A DNA stretch of 64,000 bases from Eledone cirrhosa (GCA_964016885.1 OZ024743.1:221712001-221776000), one strand, 5' to 3'. Numbered from the stretch's first letter, positions 1 through 17,051 are shown. Numbers and translations are program-made. The notes: generated by a model from the sequence alone, not told the origin.

Positions 1-15
1 TATATATATATATAT

Positions 16-1394
<1,379 letters not shown>

Positions 1395-1407
1395 TATATA
1401 TATAATG

Positions 1408-1540
1408 ATAAACATTGATTGCCAGCTAAATTATTTATAAAAATAGAAATGTATACTGAAGCGAAAACCAAACCAAAAAGTGTGTTTCACTTTTTTTCTC
1501 TGTCAATATTAGGACATGACCCTCCCCAAATATAAAATAT
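1408..1540 (+). mobile_element. Diverged Penelope pLTR 3' fragment
   Basis: gaagcgaaaaccaaaccaaa...atgaccctcccc matches 55420-55510 and 1255-1280. Confidence 0.65.
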
Positions 1541-1724
1541 CTATATGTATGTATAGTGTCGTAACTCCTGGTAGAGTCGTAGGGGCCCTATATTGACATA
1601 CAGCGTTTCTTGGACATTTTTAGCCTGGTTGTACCCAACCCTCACCCGGCCTAGGTACAGCAGATTTCTTCCAGAAAAAGATAGAAAGTGAGAAAGAGGA
1701 AATGAAAAAGAGATATAGAGGAAG

Positions 1725-1860
1725 AATCGACTCCATTACTAGACTGGTACTTTCTTTATCGACCTCGAAAGGATGAAAGGGGCAAAGTTGACCCGAAACA
1801 GCAGAGAGCCGGAACGAATACTTAACGCATTTTATCCGACTCTGCCAATTCGACGCCTTT
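1725..1860 (-). mobile_element. tRNA-derived SINE (Meta/MESC-like central domain, octopus OK-like), diverged
   Basis: ctggtacttt..ttatcgacctcgaaaggatgaaagg motif shared with many copies in the window. Confidence 0.75.
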
Positions 1861-2539
1861 ACAATATCTATATATACTGTTATATATGGTATAACAAATT
1901 ATCGTTATAGGTAATCCAGTTAGAGGTTGTGAGTACTCCGTATTGTGGATAGTTTTAACGTACGGCGTTGTTTTAATACTGTAAATAAAACCCTTTTTGT
2001 ACTGTTGACCATGTTAGTCTTCACTCTTTCACTATACTGTTGATATATTCAGACAGACTTTATTTTAGACGTTGCACTCTTGGGAAAGGCATGATTATCG
2101 CAACCTCCCTATGCCATCAAGCACTTTGATCAAAGGAAATCAATAAAATCACATATTTATTTATTCGTTTACACAGTTTTAAGCTTTAATATATTTGTCG
2201 TTTTCTAGATTTTTCTAATTTTCTTTCACGTCATCCAACTATTATTTTTGTACCGATATTTTTTCTGAGCGATTTTGTTTTGGGAGTTTTTTTAGTTTTT
2301 TTTTTATCAAAATATTCCCTTCTTTATCACAGAAAGAGAAGAAATAAACAATTTTGTTAACAAAATTCTTTTGAAAAGTTATTTCTAGAATCTAAAACTT
2401 AGGTATTTTTTTTTAATTCCCCGTAAACAAATATAAAATCTTTATACGATGTTTTCCTTACGAAAATTCCAGTTTTATTTTTGTATGTAATTTTATCACT
2501 GCTGTTACCAGTATTGTTGTTGTTGTTGTCGTGTGAGGT

Positions 2540-3505
2540 TGGTGGTGGCAGTGGTGGTTGTTTGGAGTTCTGGTGGTGGTGGCAGTAGTGGTTGTTTGGA
2601 GTTCTGGTGGTGGTGACAGTGGTGGTTGTTTGGAGTTCTGGTGGTGGTGGCAGTGGTGGTTGTTTGGAGTTCTGGTGGTGGTGGCAGTAGTGGTGGTTGT
2701 TTGGAGTTCTGGTGGTGGTGGTGGTAGTGGTGGTTGTTTGGAGTTCTGGTGGTGGTGGTGGTAGTGGTGGTTGTTTGGAGTTCTGGTGGTGGTGGTGGTA
2801 GTGGTGGTTGTTTGGAGTTCTGGTGGTGGTGGTGGTAGTGGTGGTTGTTTGGAGTTCTGGTGGTGGTGGCAGTAGTGGTTGTTTGGAGTTCTGGTGGTGG
2901 TGGCAGTGGTGGTTGTTTGGAGTTCTGGTGGTGGTGGCAGTGGTGGTTGTTTGGAGTTCTGGTGGTGGTGGCAGTGGTGGTTGTTTGGAGTTCTGGTGGT
3001 GGTGGCAGTGGTGGTTGTTTGGAGTTCTGGTGGTGGTGGCAGTAGTGGTGGTTGTTTGGAGTTCTGGTGGTGGTGGTGGTAGTGGTGGTTGTTTGGAGTT
3101 CTGGTGGTGGTGGTGGTAGTGGTGGTTGTTTGGAGTTCTGGTGGTGGTGGTGGTAGTGGTGGTTGTTTGGAGTTCTGGTGGTGGTGGTGGTGGTGGTGGT
3201 GGTTGTTTGGAGTTCTGGTGGTGATGGTGGTGGTGGTGGTTGTTTGGAGTTATGGTGGTGGTAGTGGTGGTTGTTTGGAGTTTTGATGGTGGTGGCAGTG
3301 GTGGTTGTTTGGAGTTCTGGTGGTGGTGATAGTGGTGGTTGTTTGGAGTTCTGGTGGTGGTAGTGGTGGTGGTGGTGGTAGTAGTGGTTGTGTGGAGTTC
3401 TGGTGGTGGTGGTGGTGATGATGGTGGTGGTAGTGGTGGTTGTTTGGAGTTCTGGTGGTGGTGGTGGTGGTAGTGGTAGTTGTTTGGAGTTCTGGTGGTG
3501 ATGGT
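2540..3505. repeat. Minisatellite, 34-43 bp unit (ggtggttgtttggagttctggtggtggtggcagt)
   Basis: About 25 tandem units with invariant core ttgtttggagttct and variable (GGT)n. Confidence 0.95.
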
Positions 3506-3694
3506 TGTTGGGAGTTGTTTTGGTGGTGGTTGTGGTAGTAGTGAATGTTGGGAGTTGTTGTTGTTGTGATAGTGGGTGGTAGATGTAGATGTCGTAGTTG
3601 TTGTTGTTGCTACGGTGGTATCACTGGTAATGGTGGTGGCTGTTGTTGTTATTGGTAGGTGATAATGTTTGGGTGGTGGTATTAGTTGTTGTTG

Positions 3695-3754
<60 letters not shown>

Positions 3755-3949
3755 TATGTTGGAGGTGGTGGTGGAGGGAGGTGTTACTGATATTCAGTGT
3801 GTCAAACAAGATCAATATCTTCAATATTTTCCTCCTAATTTACTTCAATATTTTCTCGCCTGTTTTGTTTTTCTTTTCCTCTATTCTGACATTTATTCAT
3901 TCTTTCTCTATTCCTTTATCCCGTTATTCTGCCAAGTACTGTGATATAA

Positions 3950-4065
3950 ACGGACATAGCTTAGTGGTTAGGGTGTTCGGCTCGTCATCATAAAGAGTGT
4001 TTTATTCCCGGTGAGGCATTGAGTCTTTCAGCAAGACACTCTACTTCACGTTGTTCCAGTCCACA
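3950..4065 (+). mobile_element. tRNA-derived CORE-like SINE (octopus OR-like), partial
   Basis: A-box tagcttagtggtta; agcaagacact..acttcacgttg shared with 60503-60620. Confidence 0.7.
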
Positions 4066-4134
4066 CATCTGGAAACAGCCTACATAGATTAATACATCTA
4101 AACTTCGAATCTTTATCATAAATCGTGTGAAGAA

Positions 4135-4425
4135 GCCATGTGGCTTAGTGGTTAGGGTTCTTCGGCTCACAATCGTAAGTTTAGGAGTTCAATTGTCGGT
4201 GGCACACTTTATTTTACGTTGATCCAGTCTAATAGGCTGGCAAAAATGATTTGTACCTATTATTGAAAGCGCTAGTCTTGTCACACCCATGTCCTGCTGA
4301 ATCTCCCTGAGAACTACGTTAATGGTACATATGCCGGTAGTACGCCCAGCCACTTGTTTAATTTCCTGAGCAAGCTGTTCCATTGATCGAATCAAATGGA
4401 ACACTCATCTTCGTAACCGACGGCG
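4135..4425 (+). mobile_element. tRNA-derived SINE (OR-like) with 3' body
   Basis: tggcttagtggttaggg A-box, gagttcaatt B-box-like, ggcacactttattttacgttg. Confidence 0.7.
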
Positions 4426-4469
4426 GTCGAACCACATCGGAGATCGTAACAGACACAGAAACAGCAGTA

Positions 4470-5637
4470 GCCTCAACAACAACAACAGCAAAGCGACAAC
4501 GGCTGCAGCAACAGCAACAACAGCAACAACAGCAACAGTGACAACAGCAACAGTGACAACAACAGCAACAACAACAGCGACAATAGCAACAGTGACAACA
4601 ACAACAGCAACAACAACAGCGACAACAGCAACAGTGACAACAACAACAGCAACAACAACAGCGACAACAGCAACAGTGACAACAACAACAGCAACAACAA
4701 CAGCGACAACGGCTGCAGCAACAGCAACAACAGCAACAACAACAGCGACAACAGCAACAGTGACAACAACAGCAACAACAACAGCGACAATAGCAACAGT
4801 GACAACAACAACAGCAACAACAACAGCGACAACAGCAACAGTGACAACAACAACAGCAACAACAACCATTAACAATAACGACGACAACAGCAACAACAAC
4901 AATGCAGCAGTAACAGCAGCAACAACAGCATCAATATCAACATCAACAACACCAGCAACAGCTTCAGCCACAACAACAACAACGTCAACAACAACACCAC
5001 CACCACCATCAACATCAACAACACCACCAACAACAACAACACCAACATCAACACCACCACCACCAACACCAACACCAACAACACCACCAACAACACCACC
5101 AACATCAACACCACCACCAACAACACCACCACCACCAACACCAACATCAACACCACCACCACCAACACCAACACCAACAACACCACCACCACCACCAACA
5201 CCAACACCAACAACACCACCAGCAACACCACCAACATCAACACCAACACCAACAACACCACCACCACCAACACCAACATCAACACCACCACCACCAACAA
5301 CAACAACATTAACACCACCACCACCAACACCAACACCAACAACACCACCAACAACACCACCACCAACAACAACAACAACAACATTAACACCACCACCACC
5401 AACACCAACACCAACAACACCATCAACATCACCACCACCACCACCAACACCAACAACACCACCACCACCACCATCAACATCAACACCACCACCACCAACA
5501 CCAACAACACCAGCACCACCAACAACACCAACACCACCAACAACAACACCACCACCACCACCAACACCAACAACACCACCACCACCACCATCAACATCAA
5601 CAACACCACCACCAACAACAACACCAACATCAATACC

Positions 5638-5669
<32 letters not shown>

Positions 5670-5932
5670 CACCAACAACAACATTAACACCACCACCACC
5701 AACAACAACAACAACAACACCAAAATCAACACCACCACCACCACTACCACCATCACCAACACCAACACCACCACCACCACCACCAACAACACCACCACCA
5801 ACAACAACATCAACACCACCACCACCACTACCACCATCACCAACACCAACACCACCACCACCAACAACAACATCAACACCACCACCACCACTACCACCAC
5901 CACCACCAACAACAACAACATCAACAACAACA
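4470..5932. repeat. Compound (ACA/GCA/ACC)n triplet-derived repeat
   Basis: Pure low-complexity triplet expansions with higher-order units. Confidence 0.9.
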
Positions 5933-6234
5933 AGAGTCTTCTGTCTGTCATTTCATCTACCAAGCCGTCCATCAATTCAATCATTTTAACAGTTACCTAA
6001 ATATCCCTTCCATCCAACATTTACTTCTTACCTTCAACAACTTCCTCCATTAAATCAAACCTTTTTTTCCAACCATTTTCTGCCTTTTTTCTATTATTTT
6101 ACATAGATATTTTTTTGTTTTTTTTTAGTTTATCTATTTATTTTTTATGCTATTTTTACCGTAGCTTATTTCTAATCTGCCTTTATTCCAATTCATTAAT
6201 TTTCCTTATATTTCATCTTCTCCGTCACTGCAAA

Positions 6235-7212
6235 AGCTATCGTCACCATTATCAACACCGTCGCCATCAACACCACAGCTATCGTCGCCACCATCACTCC
6301 CACCACCATCACTCCCACCACCATCACTCCCACCACCATCACTCCCACCACCATCACTCCCACCACCATCACTACTGCCACCATCATCTCCATCACCGCT
6401 ACAGCCATCGTAATCATCATTCTCACCACCACCATCTTCTCCATCACCGCAACACAGCTAACGTCACTACCACCATCGTCACCATCACCACCACCACCAT
6501 CGTCACCATCACCACCACAGCTATCGTCACCACCACCACCATCGTCACCATCACCACCACAACTATCGTCACCACCACCACCATCGTCACCATCACCACC
6601 ACAGCTATCGTCACCACCACCACCATCGTCACCATCACCACCACAGCTATCGTCACCACCACCACCATCGTCACCATCATCACCACAACTATCGTCACCA
6701 CCACCACCACCACAGCTACCGTCACCAATACCACACAACCACCACCACACAACCAATACCACACAACCACCACCACCAAACAACCACAAACACCACACCA
6801 CCACACAAGCACCACCACCAAACAACCACAAACACCACACCACCACACAACCACCAACACCACACCACCACACACCCACCAACACCACAACACCAATACC
6901 ACTAGAACCACTACCACCACCTCCAACACACCACCACCAATACAACACAACCAGAACCACACCACCACCAATACCACACCACCACCACCAATACCACACA
7001 ACCACCACCACACCACCACCACCACCTCACAAACACCACCACCACACCACCACCAATACCACACAACCACCAACACCACACCACCACCAACACCACACCA
7101 CCAACACCACACCACCACACAACCACCAACACCACACCACCACACCACCACCAACACCACACCACCATACCACCACCAATACCACACCACCACCACACCA
7201 CACCACCACCAC
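6235..7212. repeat. (CAC/CAT)n-derived low-complexity repeat
   Basis: 15-bp and 36-bp higher-order units, followed by CA-rich tract. Confidence 0.9.
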
Positions 7213-7675
7213 TTGCTCTTTAAAATAATCGTGAGTATTTTTTGCCTTTTGTTTTCAGTGTTGGAGTTGGCGTGTTATTGTTTTTTTTATTTTCTTCTTT
7301 CTTTATCTTCATCTCTTTTTATCTTTTTTCATCTTCTTTCGTCTTCTTTCCTCTTCTTTCCTCTTCTTTCCTCTTCTTTCCTCTTCTTTCCTCTTCATCT
7401 TCTTCCCGTATCTTTTGCAGCTTCCAGATGTCTCTCGTCTTTGATCTTCTGTAATTTCTGTCTAATAGTTTTCTTCAATCCACACCAGATGACTGGCGCT
7501 GCTCACATCACGCCCCCCCCCCCCACCACCACCACCACCACCACCGATACAATTAATACTATTAACAACAACAACAACAACCATTAATGTCAGCAGCAGC
7601 ACCATCACTAACAGCAATAATAGCAATAACACTATTACAAGACCACCACCCCAACACCATTAATTACCACGAAAA

Positions 7676-7893
7676 TTATGATTTCTAGTATAGGCACAAG
7701 GCCAGTAATTTGGGGGGAGGGGAAAGTCGATTAAATCGACCCCAGTACGTTACTGGTACTTTATTTTATCGACCCCGTAAGGATGAAAGGCAAAGTAAAC
7801 CTCGGCGGGATTTGAACTCAGATCGTAAAGGGACGTAACTATGCTGGAAAGCATGGCGTCCGACCCTCTACCGATACTGCCAATACACCGCCC
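7676..7893 (-). mobile_element. OK-like tRNA SINE, full length
   Basis: Reverse complement of 36238-36428 type; B-box gagttcaaatccc; partial copies at 7916-8020 (-) and 8177-8265 (+). Confidence 0.85.
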
Positions 7894-8442
7894 TGGCGAG
7901 ATTAATAACAGTAATAATTGTTTCTACATTTGGCACAAGGCCAGCAAATACCCAGTGTATTACTGGTACTTTATTTTCTCGACCCCGTAAGGATGAAAGG
8001 CAAAGTTAACCTCGGCGGGATTAATAATAGTAATAATAATACTATCACTGTAACCAATAGAATCACCAGCAGCAGCAACACGACCACACAACCACCATCA
8101 CCATCATCATTATCACTACCATCATCATAACCACTACCATCACCAATACCATAAATGTCATAACAACCATCATTATTGCCTTTCATCCTTACGGGGTCGA
8201 TAAAATAAAGTACCAGTAATGCACTGGGTAATTGCTGGCCTTGTGCCTAAAGTAGAAACAGTTATTATCATCATCATCATCACCACAACCACTCCTTCCA
8301 TAATAACAACTACAACCATCACTGCAGCCACCACTATCACTGACATCAACAACACCGTCACCATCGCCATTACCACCTCGATTATCCCCTCGACTACTAA
8401 CACCAACACTACAACCATCATCATCATCGTCATCGTCATCGC

Positions 8443-8487
<45 letters not shown>

Positions 8488-9087
8488 TATCATCATCATC
8501 ATCATCATCATCACCATCACTTACCACGGCCAATATCAGAACACACTCCACCATTACGCATACCTATTCCAGCTTTCTACGCTGACAGTCTGGCACGCTG
8601 ACACGCTTAACATGCCTGTATATTCTTTTTTTACAGTTAGTTGAGTGTCAAAAACATTTTTGATGTCGTCATGAAGATAGATAAGTTGCCTTTCATTCGC
8701 CAGAATAAATCAAATTGTATTAGAGTTGGTGTCGAAGAATCGAATGGAATCGAACAGAGGGCGGTGGGGATTAAACCAACAATTATAGAGTGAATGTGTG
8801 TGAGCATGTGTATGTGTGTATGCGTGCGCGTGAGTGTGTGTGAACGGGCCAAGAATTCAATGTGTGTGTGTATTAAGAATCCACTGTGCTAGTGTGCATG
8901 TTTGGGTAAGGGTTTGTTATGTGTGTATATGTATGTATGCAAATGTGTGGGTGTATATACATATATATATATACACACACATATATATATATATATGTAT
9001 ATATGTGTGTATATATATATATATATACATGTATATATATATATATAGGTATACATATATGTATATGTATATATATGTATATACATG

Positions 9088-9153
<66 letters not shown>

Positions 9154-9373
9154 CATATACATATATGTATACCTATATATATATATATATGTATGTATAT
9201 ATATATACATATATATGTGTATATATATATTATATATATATATATAAGTGGACTACATATAACGATAATTTGTTATCTCGTATATATATAAATATATATA
9301 TATATATAAATATATGTGTGCGTGTGTGTGTGTGTGTAAATTTATATATGTGTATATATATATAATATATATT

Positions 9374-9433
<60 letters not shown>

Positions 9434-9859
9434 TGTGTGTGTGTGTAGATAAAAGGGTTGATATGAAAAAGAAACAAAAATATGGTGGAGGGGTTGAGGT
9501 GGTGCAGCAGCATAAAAAATAGAGGGGGGCGTACAAGAAGATTGGATAGGAAGGGGTTGAGGGGAGGGGACTGAGAAGATGAAGCAGTTAAAATAGCATC
9601 AATAAAAGATTACTGAATAATACGTGTGAGTGTGTGTGTAGGGGGAAATATGAGTGTGTGTGCGTATGTGTGTGGGGGGATGTGTGTGTGGGTGTGTCTC
9701 TGCGTATGTGTGTAATAAGTGTGTGTGTGTGTGTAGAGGTAAATGTGAATGCGTGTGTCTGTTTACGTGTGTGTGTGTGTGTGTGTGTGCGTGTACGTGT
9801 ATGTGTGTAGGGGGAAATGGGAGTGCGTGTGTGTCTGTACGAATGTGTGTCTGTGTGCG

Positions 9860-10462
9860 TGTGTGTGTATGGGTAAATATGAGTGTGTGTGTGTGTGTGT
9901 GTAGGGCTAAATGTGAGTGTGTGTGTTTATGTGTGTGTTTGTGTGTATGGGTAAATATGAGTGTGTGTGTGTGTGTGTAGGGGTAAATGTGAATGTGTGT
10001 GTGTGTAGGGGCAAATGTGAGTGTGTGTGTGTGTAGGGGTAAATGTGAGTGTGTGTGTGTGTGTGTGTGAGTGGGGGGGGGTGTAAATGTGAGTGTGTGC
10101 GTGTGTGCGTGTGTGTGTAGGTGTAAATGTGAGTGTGTGTGTGTGTAGGGATAAATGTGAGTATGTGTGTGGGTGTGGGTGTAGGGGTAAATGTGAGTGT
10201 GTGTGTGTGTAGGGATAAATGTGAGTATGTGTGTGGGTGTGGGTGTAGGGGTAAATGTGAGTGTGTGTGTGTGTAGGGATAAATGTGAGTGTGTGTGTGG
10301 GTGTGTGTGTAGGGGTAAATGTGAGTGTGTGTGTGTGTAGGGATAAATGTGAGTGTGTGTGTGGGTGTGTGTGTAGGTGTAAATGTGAGTGTGTGTGTGT
10401 GTAGGGATAAATGTGAGTGTGTGTGTGGGTGTGTGTGTAGGGGTAAATGTGAGTGTGTGTGT
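9860..10462. repeat. Minisatellite gtaggg(g/a)taaatgtgag(tg)n
   Basis: About 20 units with fixed core and variable (TG)n. Confidence 0.9.
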
Positions 10463-10690
10463 GGGTAGGAAGCGGTACGAGTGTGGAAGGAGGCATGAAA
10501 CAAAAATATATAAAAACTATAAAGCGAATGTGTAAAAAACTGAAACAAGTTCACGACACATCAAGTGAATTAGTGTTTTCATAGACGTTTGTACCGAAAA
10601 GAATATGGTGCGTCTCTCTCTCTCTTGTGTGTGTATGTTTGTGTGTGCGTGTGTATATATATATATATATATATCTTACATACGTATATA

Positions 10691-10739
<49 letters not shown>

Positions 10740-10929
10740 GTATATATATGCATATGCGTGCGTGTGAATTTATTTATAAGCATGTGTGCGTAACTGTGTG
10801 TAAATATTTATGTACGTGCATATGTATGTATGTGTGTGTGCGTGGTGTGTGTGTGTGTGTATATGTGTGTGTGTTTAGATAGATACAACATTAAAAAAAC
10901 ACATTTACTCCATACATAACAGACAGATC

Positions 10930-11022
<93 letters not shown>

Positions 11023-11494
11023 ACTAACAAAGAACATAGTTGTAGGTGAGTGAGTAGGTAAGTGAGTGAGAAAACGAAAGAAAAGGCGCTTTCGAGCGAT
11101 AAATAGCTTTGCCACAGATGAGTTGAATCAAGCTGCATAATATAGGCAAAGCACTTTGAAGGAAAGAGTCCCCTGTAGTTAATAAATCAGAGATCAAGAA
11201 CAGATTTTATTGGCAGAGTGAAGCTTTTAAGGGAGAAATCTAAACTGGCTAGCATTCTAAAACGCAAAATCACACTCACTGAATTATACAGACACGCACG
11301 TACACAGACACACAGGCAGATAGATAGACAGACAGGCTGACACACAGACAGACACACAGACAGATAGATAGCCAGATAGGCTGACACACAGACAGATAGA
11401 TAGATGGACAGGCTGACAAACAGGCAGACAGAAGTGTTAACAGTAGGAACAAATTTTACTGGTTGTTGACAGTTTCATCCGGTTATTGTTGACT

Positions 11495-11573
<79 letters not shown>

Positions 11574-12059
11574 TTTGGTGGCGGGGGAGTGGGTGGGGTG
11601 GTAGTGATGGCGGTTGGTGTGCTGAATGTTTACGCCAGAGGCTGTAGAAGCAGAATAAACCCAAAATAATATAAAGTTTGAAATAAAATTATTTGATAGA
11701 GGAAAATTTTCTTTTCTATTCTTTTTTTTTTGTTTTTTTGTTTTTTTACTGGTCTAAAAGTATTTCCCTAGGAACTTTAGAGTGAGATAAACTGAGATGT
11801 GGATAGAGATAGAGAGAAGGTGACGGAGACAGATGGACGGAGACAGAGTGGGAAAAGCAGAGATAGAGAGAGGGAAATTGTTGTGTTTATTGTATTACGT
11901 CATCTGCCTCTCCTATCGAAATGCAATCGATATCGACTAGAAAATAATTGGTTAGCCAAAAGTCACCATAGCTTCTTAGCTGAGAATGTTGGGTTACCGA
12001 CTGATGAATCAGAACATGATTTCCTATTATTACGTCACTAACGTTCAGCAGTGTCAGGC

Positions 12060-12680
12060 ATGGCTAACATACATAACTTTCAACTGGCGTGAGAGCCTCT
12101 CAGCTGTCAAATGACTACAACCACCGGTTAAGCGAGATCCTCTCAGCTGTAGCATGGCTACAACCACTGACTGCATGATCCTCTCAGCTGTCAAATGGCT
12201 TCAACCACTGGCTGGCATGATCCTCTCAGCTGTCAAATGGCTACAACCACTGGCTGGTTTGATCCTCTGAACTGTAAACCACAGAATGGCGTGATCACCT
12301 CAGCTGTAATATGGCTACAATCACCGGCTAGCGAGATACTCTCAGCTGTAATATGGCTACAATCACCGGCTAGCGAGATACTCTCAGCTGTAACATGGCT
12401 ACAACTCCCGGATGGCTTGATAATCTCAGCTGTAACATGGCTACAACTCCCGGATGGCTTGATACTCTCAGCTGTAGCATGGCTACAATCACCGGCTGAC
12501 GTGATCTTCTCAGCTGTAATATAGCTACAACCAACGGCTGACTTGACCCTCTCAGCTGTAACATAGCTACAACCACAGGATGGTTTGATCCTCTCAGCTG
12601 TAAAATAGTTACAACTACCGGATGGCGTGACCCTCTCAGCTGTTAAATAGCTACAACCACAGGATGGTTTGATCCTCTCA
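12060..12680. repeat. 39-bp minisatellite (ctctcagctgtaa..tggctacaac..c.gg)
   Basis: About 15 diverged tandem units, nearly all containing CAGCTG. Confidence 0.92.
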
Positions 12681-14277
12681 TTAGGCAGGTATTGTGAAAT
12701 ATAAACATCTTTATCGTAATTCAGCACAATATAATCTTAAACCTTTTCACTATCATATTTCTAATGAAAGACACTGCCTATGATTTTCGAATCCTTTGGA
12801 AAATATTTTAGAATTTGAAGAGATTTAGTAATATAACTAAATTTCTTATTATTATGGTAATGTTTGGAATATAATTTAACAAAGGTTTTTACATAAAATT
12901 ATAATTGAAAGTTTTAAATATAAACACTATAAAACAAACAGTTTTGTAAAGTAGAACAAAAGGTTGTTTCAGGTAGTTTAGATTCAAGAAAGTTAAGTGT
13001 TTTGCCAAACATTTGTGACTTAATCAACAAGGGACCATTTCATTGTAGGAAAGTGGAATATAGAACAGTTGGCAGGTATTAAGAAATACAAATATTTGTA
13101 TAATTCAGCACAATAGTATCGTGATTTGCATCTTAACTTCAAGAATAGACGGGTAATATCATTTAAAGAGACGGCAAACAGAATACTCTGAAGGCAAAAT
13201 AAATTTGAGTTCAATATGTATCAAAGAAAACATATTGGTGCGATTGATTCTGAAAACAAAGGAATAAAAGTCAGAACAGAATAATGGTTGTCGTAGTATC
13301 AGTTGAGCAATATAAACGAAGATCGATACAAAATATTTGCCGATATTTTGAAATAGAGAAGGAAGGAATCCTTGTCACCATATTTAGAATTTTTAAGCTA
13401 TTTTATGTACAGCCTAATTGCCAGTGAGTCCATAACATGAAGACATTTATGTACTATTAATATCATTTTAGATGTTATCTACTAATCAATATTACGTCAG
13501 TGAAATAACAGCAATATCTTCTCTCCAACCATCATAATTAATGTCTAATGTCACGTTGTTAAAATTTTTATTTTATGATTAGTGGGTGGCAGATGTGCTG
13601 CGAGATGTAAGTTCTCAGAAAACTTACAACGTTATGCAATGTCTATCCCCAACAGAATTCACTCCACTTCAATTATCCTATTTTTCAGTGTATATATAAG
13701 TGTGAACCATTACAAAATTCACATTCTAGGTTAAAGCCAAGGAAATTTTCACACAATGAAGATATACATCGAAAATATATTTTTTGTAAGTTTATTTTTC
13801 ACAAACATTTTCTTATTTTTTTTCAGATTTCTTTTCCAAATATCTACTATGGATTTTTTTATATTTTATGTATTTTTGTGGGAATTAGGTAGCTTTGTCA
13901 AGTTTAAAAGTGGGGGCCAGCTTATCTTCAGGCTGTACTTAAGAATATACGATTCCATTGGTCTTTCCATTGCTGATATTATCTGCGGGTCTCAATTACT
14001 GACCATCTGCAATCTTGAAAGAATGGTTAGTGTACTGGAATTTGATCGGAATGATCCATTAGGATAACATCTAGAACCAAAATATCAATCCAAAGCAAGG
14101 AGGACTGAATAAGTACGTGCATAGGACACGGTGATCTAGAAAGTAGAAAGGAAAGAAGTCGATCATAAGATCGAACGAAAGAGACTAAGTTTCCATTGGT
14201 GGTATTATATGTCGGTCGCGATTCTGATAGGTTTAGCTTGCAATATTATCGCTAGAAGATATACCTATCAGGAGTCG

Positions 14278-14497
14278 CGGTAGATTGGCAGTATCCGTAG
14301 AGCGTCAAACAACATGCTTTATGGCATAGAAATACGGCCCATTACGATCTGAGTTCAAATCCTGCCGAGATTACATTTGCTTTTCAACCTTACGGGCTCG
14401 ATAGAATAAAGTACCAGTAATGCACTGGAGTCGATTTAATCGACTTTCCCCTCCCCCAAAATTGTTGGTCTTGTGCCTAAATCAGAAACCAATATTA
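14278..14497 (+). mobile_element. OK-like tRNA SINE
   Basis: gattggcagtatccgtagag...gagttcaaatcctgccgag...aaagtaccagtaat...gtgcctaaatcagaaac. Confidence 0.8.
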
Positions 14498-14731
14498 TCG
14501 TTAGTACCAATGTCGTTTGATAAGGAAGTTCCGTAGAGTTGTAATTGAAGTTTATCTGATCTGATTAGTAATTTCAACTTGGCAATAGCAGGAGTATTAG
14601 CAATATATTAGTATTTTATGATTAGTCAACGTAAATATAGTACATCACTCGAATAATTAATAGAACATTAAATCTCACGTTCACTCTTTCTGTTTCTAAA
14701 GATTGACTAAATGTGTGCAATTGTATATATC

Positions 14732-14808
<77 letters not shown>

Positions 14809-15164
14809 AGATTAGACAGGCAGAGAGATAGCCAAATAGATAGGTAGATAAATAAATAGATAGATAAATATTCGACATGTGGTACTATTGAGTTAGAAAT
14901 GCCCGGAACTTATCAAGGTTATATGATATATATATATATATAAAATCTATACATATTTATATAGAGATATACAAAATCCCGACCACGGCGCCAAGCGGTC
15001 TCGGAGTGTGTTCAATCAAATATCTTCACATAAACCGGTCTCTTCGGTCAAGCACCGCAGACTCTATATATACATATTTACATATATACGTACATATATA
15101 TAAATATATGTATGTGTATATAATACACATATATATGTACATACATATACATACACAGACTCAC

Positions 15165-15218
<54 letters not shown>

Positions 15219-15257
15219 GTATATATATATATATATACATATTATATATATATGTAG

Positions 15258-15290
<33 letters not shown>

Positions 15291-15357
15291 CATATTATAT
15301 ATATATGTAGATATATATATACGTATATATATATATATACATATTATATATATATGT

Positions 15358-15394
<37 letters not shown>

Positions 15395-15461
15395 GATATA
15401 TATATATATATACATATATATATATGTAGATATATATATATATACATATATATATATGTAG

Positions 15462-15532
<71 letters not shown>

Positions 15533-15750
15533 ATATATATATGTATGTATATATTATATATATATACATACATAGATATATATTATATATATATATATAC
15601 ATACATATATATTATATATATATATATATACACACTTACATATATATATATATACTTACATATATATATATATATATATATATACACTTATATATATATA
15701 TATACACTTACACATATATATATACACTTACATAATATATATATACTTAC

Positions 15751-15781
<31 letters not shown>

Positions 15782-15834
15782 CATATACACTTACATATAT
15801 ATATATACACTTACATATATATATATATACTTAC

Positions 15835-15931
<97 letters not shown>

Positions 15932-16392
15932 CATACATATATATATATGCATACATATATATATTATACATATATTATATATATATATATCATATTACAA
16001 GATCAGATGTGTGTTGTTGGTGGGGAGGGTGTTTATGTACCATATTATATGGAAGTTTAGGGAAATATTTTCCTTCTTCCAACACCACCACACCATATTA
16101 TCAGCATATAACATACAATGTGGACAACATTTAGAATGTACAAGGGAGGGATTAACGTTGTCTAATCGATTTATCGGCTCTCCGGTCGCTTATTGATTTA
16201 ATAAATGATAAATTTGAGTGGAATTTTATATACCGTTTATTAAGCAATTATCTCCAGCGTTCAAATGAATCCGATGGATCTGGCTAATTACGACACTATT
16301 CAAACGAAATGAAGCGCTATATGCTACATAACTACCATCTCCACCATCTCTCTCTCTCTCTTTCTCTCTATACATACAGAGAGAGAGAGATA

Positions 16393-16687
<295 letters not shown>

Positions 16688-16739
16688 CTGGACAGTCACT
16701 TTTAAAATTCTCTTAGTGTTGTCTGAAATGTATAGCCTG

Positions 16740-16819
16740 ACACACGCTGATGAACCGAGGTTATTCTATTTCTGTCAACAAATTACTGGCGAAACATCTC
16801 TTTGGATTTGTACGTGTGT
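16740..16819 (+). ncRNA. Type I hammerhead ribozyme-like motif
   Basis: acacacg-CTGATGA-...-GAAAC-atc..gat-tt-GTA-cgtgtgt; 7-bp stem I. Confidence 0.7.
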
Positions 16820-17051
16820 TATATAGTTATAGATGTATTTATTTACGCTTTAATTTATATTTTTAATTATCGTGTCTATAGTCTGCCTTTCATAGGTTAT
16901 AGATTACATACACTGGTGGTTTTTTCCCTGTTTTATTGATAGCGCACTGTATATCTCTCTCTGGTGTGTTACCTTTTCAGCATATTGTATATATATATAT
17001 ATATATAATGACGAAACATAAGTCAATTGCATGAACTCAAAATCCTTTATT

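Noticed and set aside
2540-3505. CRISPR-like regular array
   Set aside because: The spacers are just variable (GGT)n; eukaryotic context; no cas genes
4538-5989. 483-aa mucin/extensin-like Thr/Pro ORF
   Set aside because: Triplet repeat open in several frames and on both strands; no ATG start, signal peptide or unique domain
9860-10462. Telomere-like TAGGG array
   Set aside because: Not (TTAGGG)n; it is a TG-rich minisatellite
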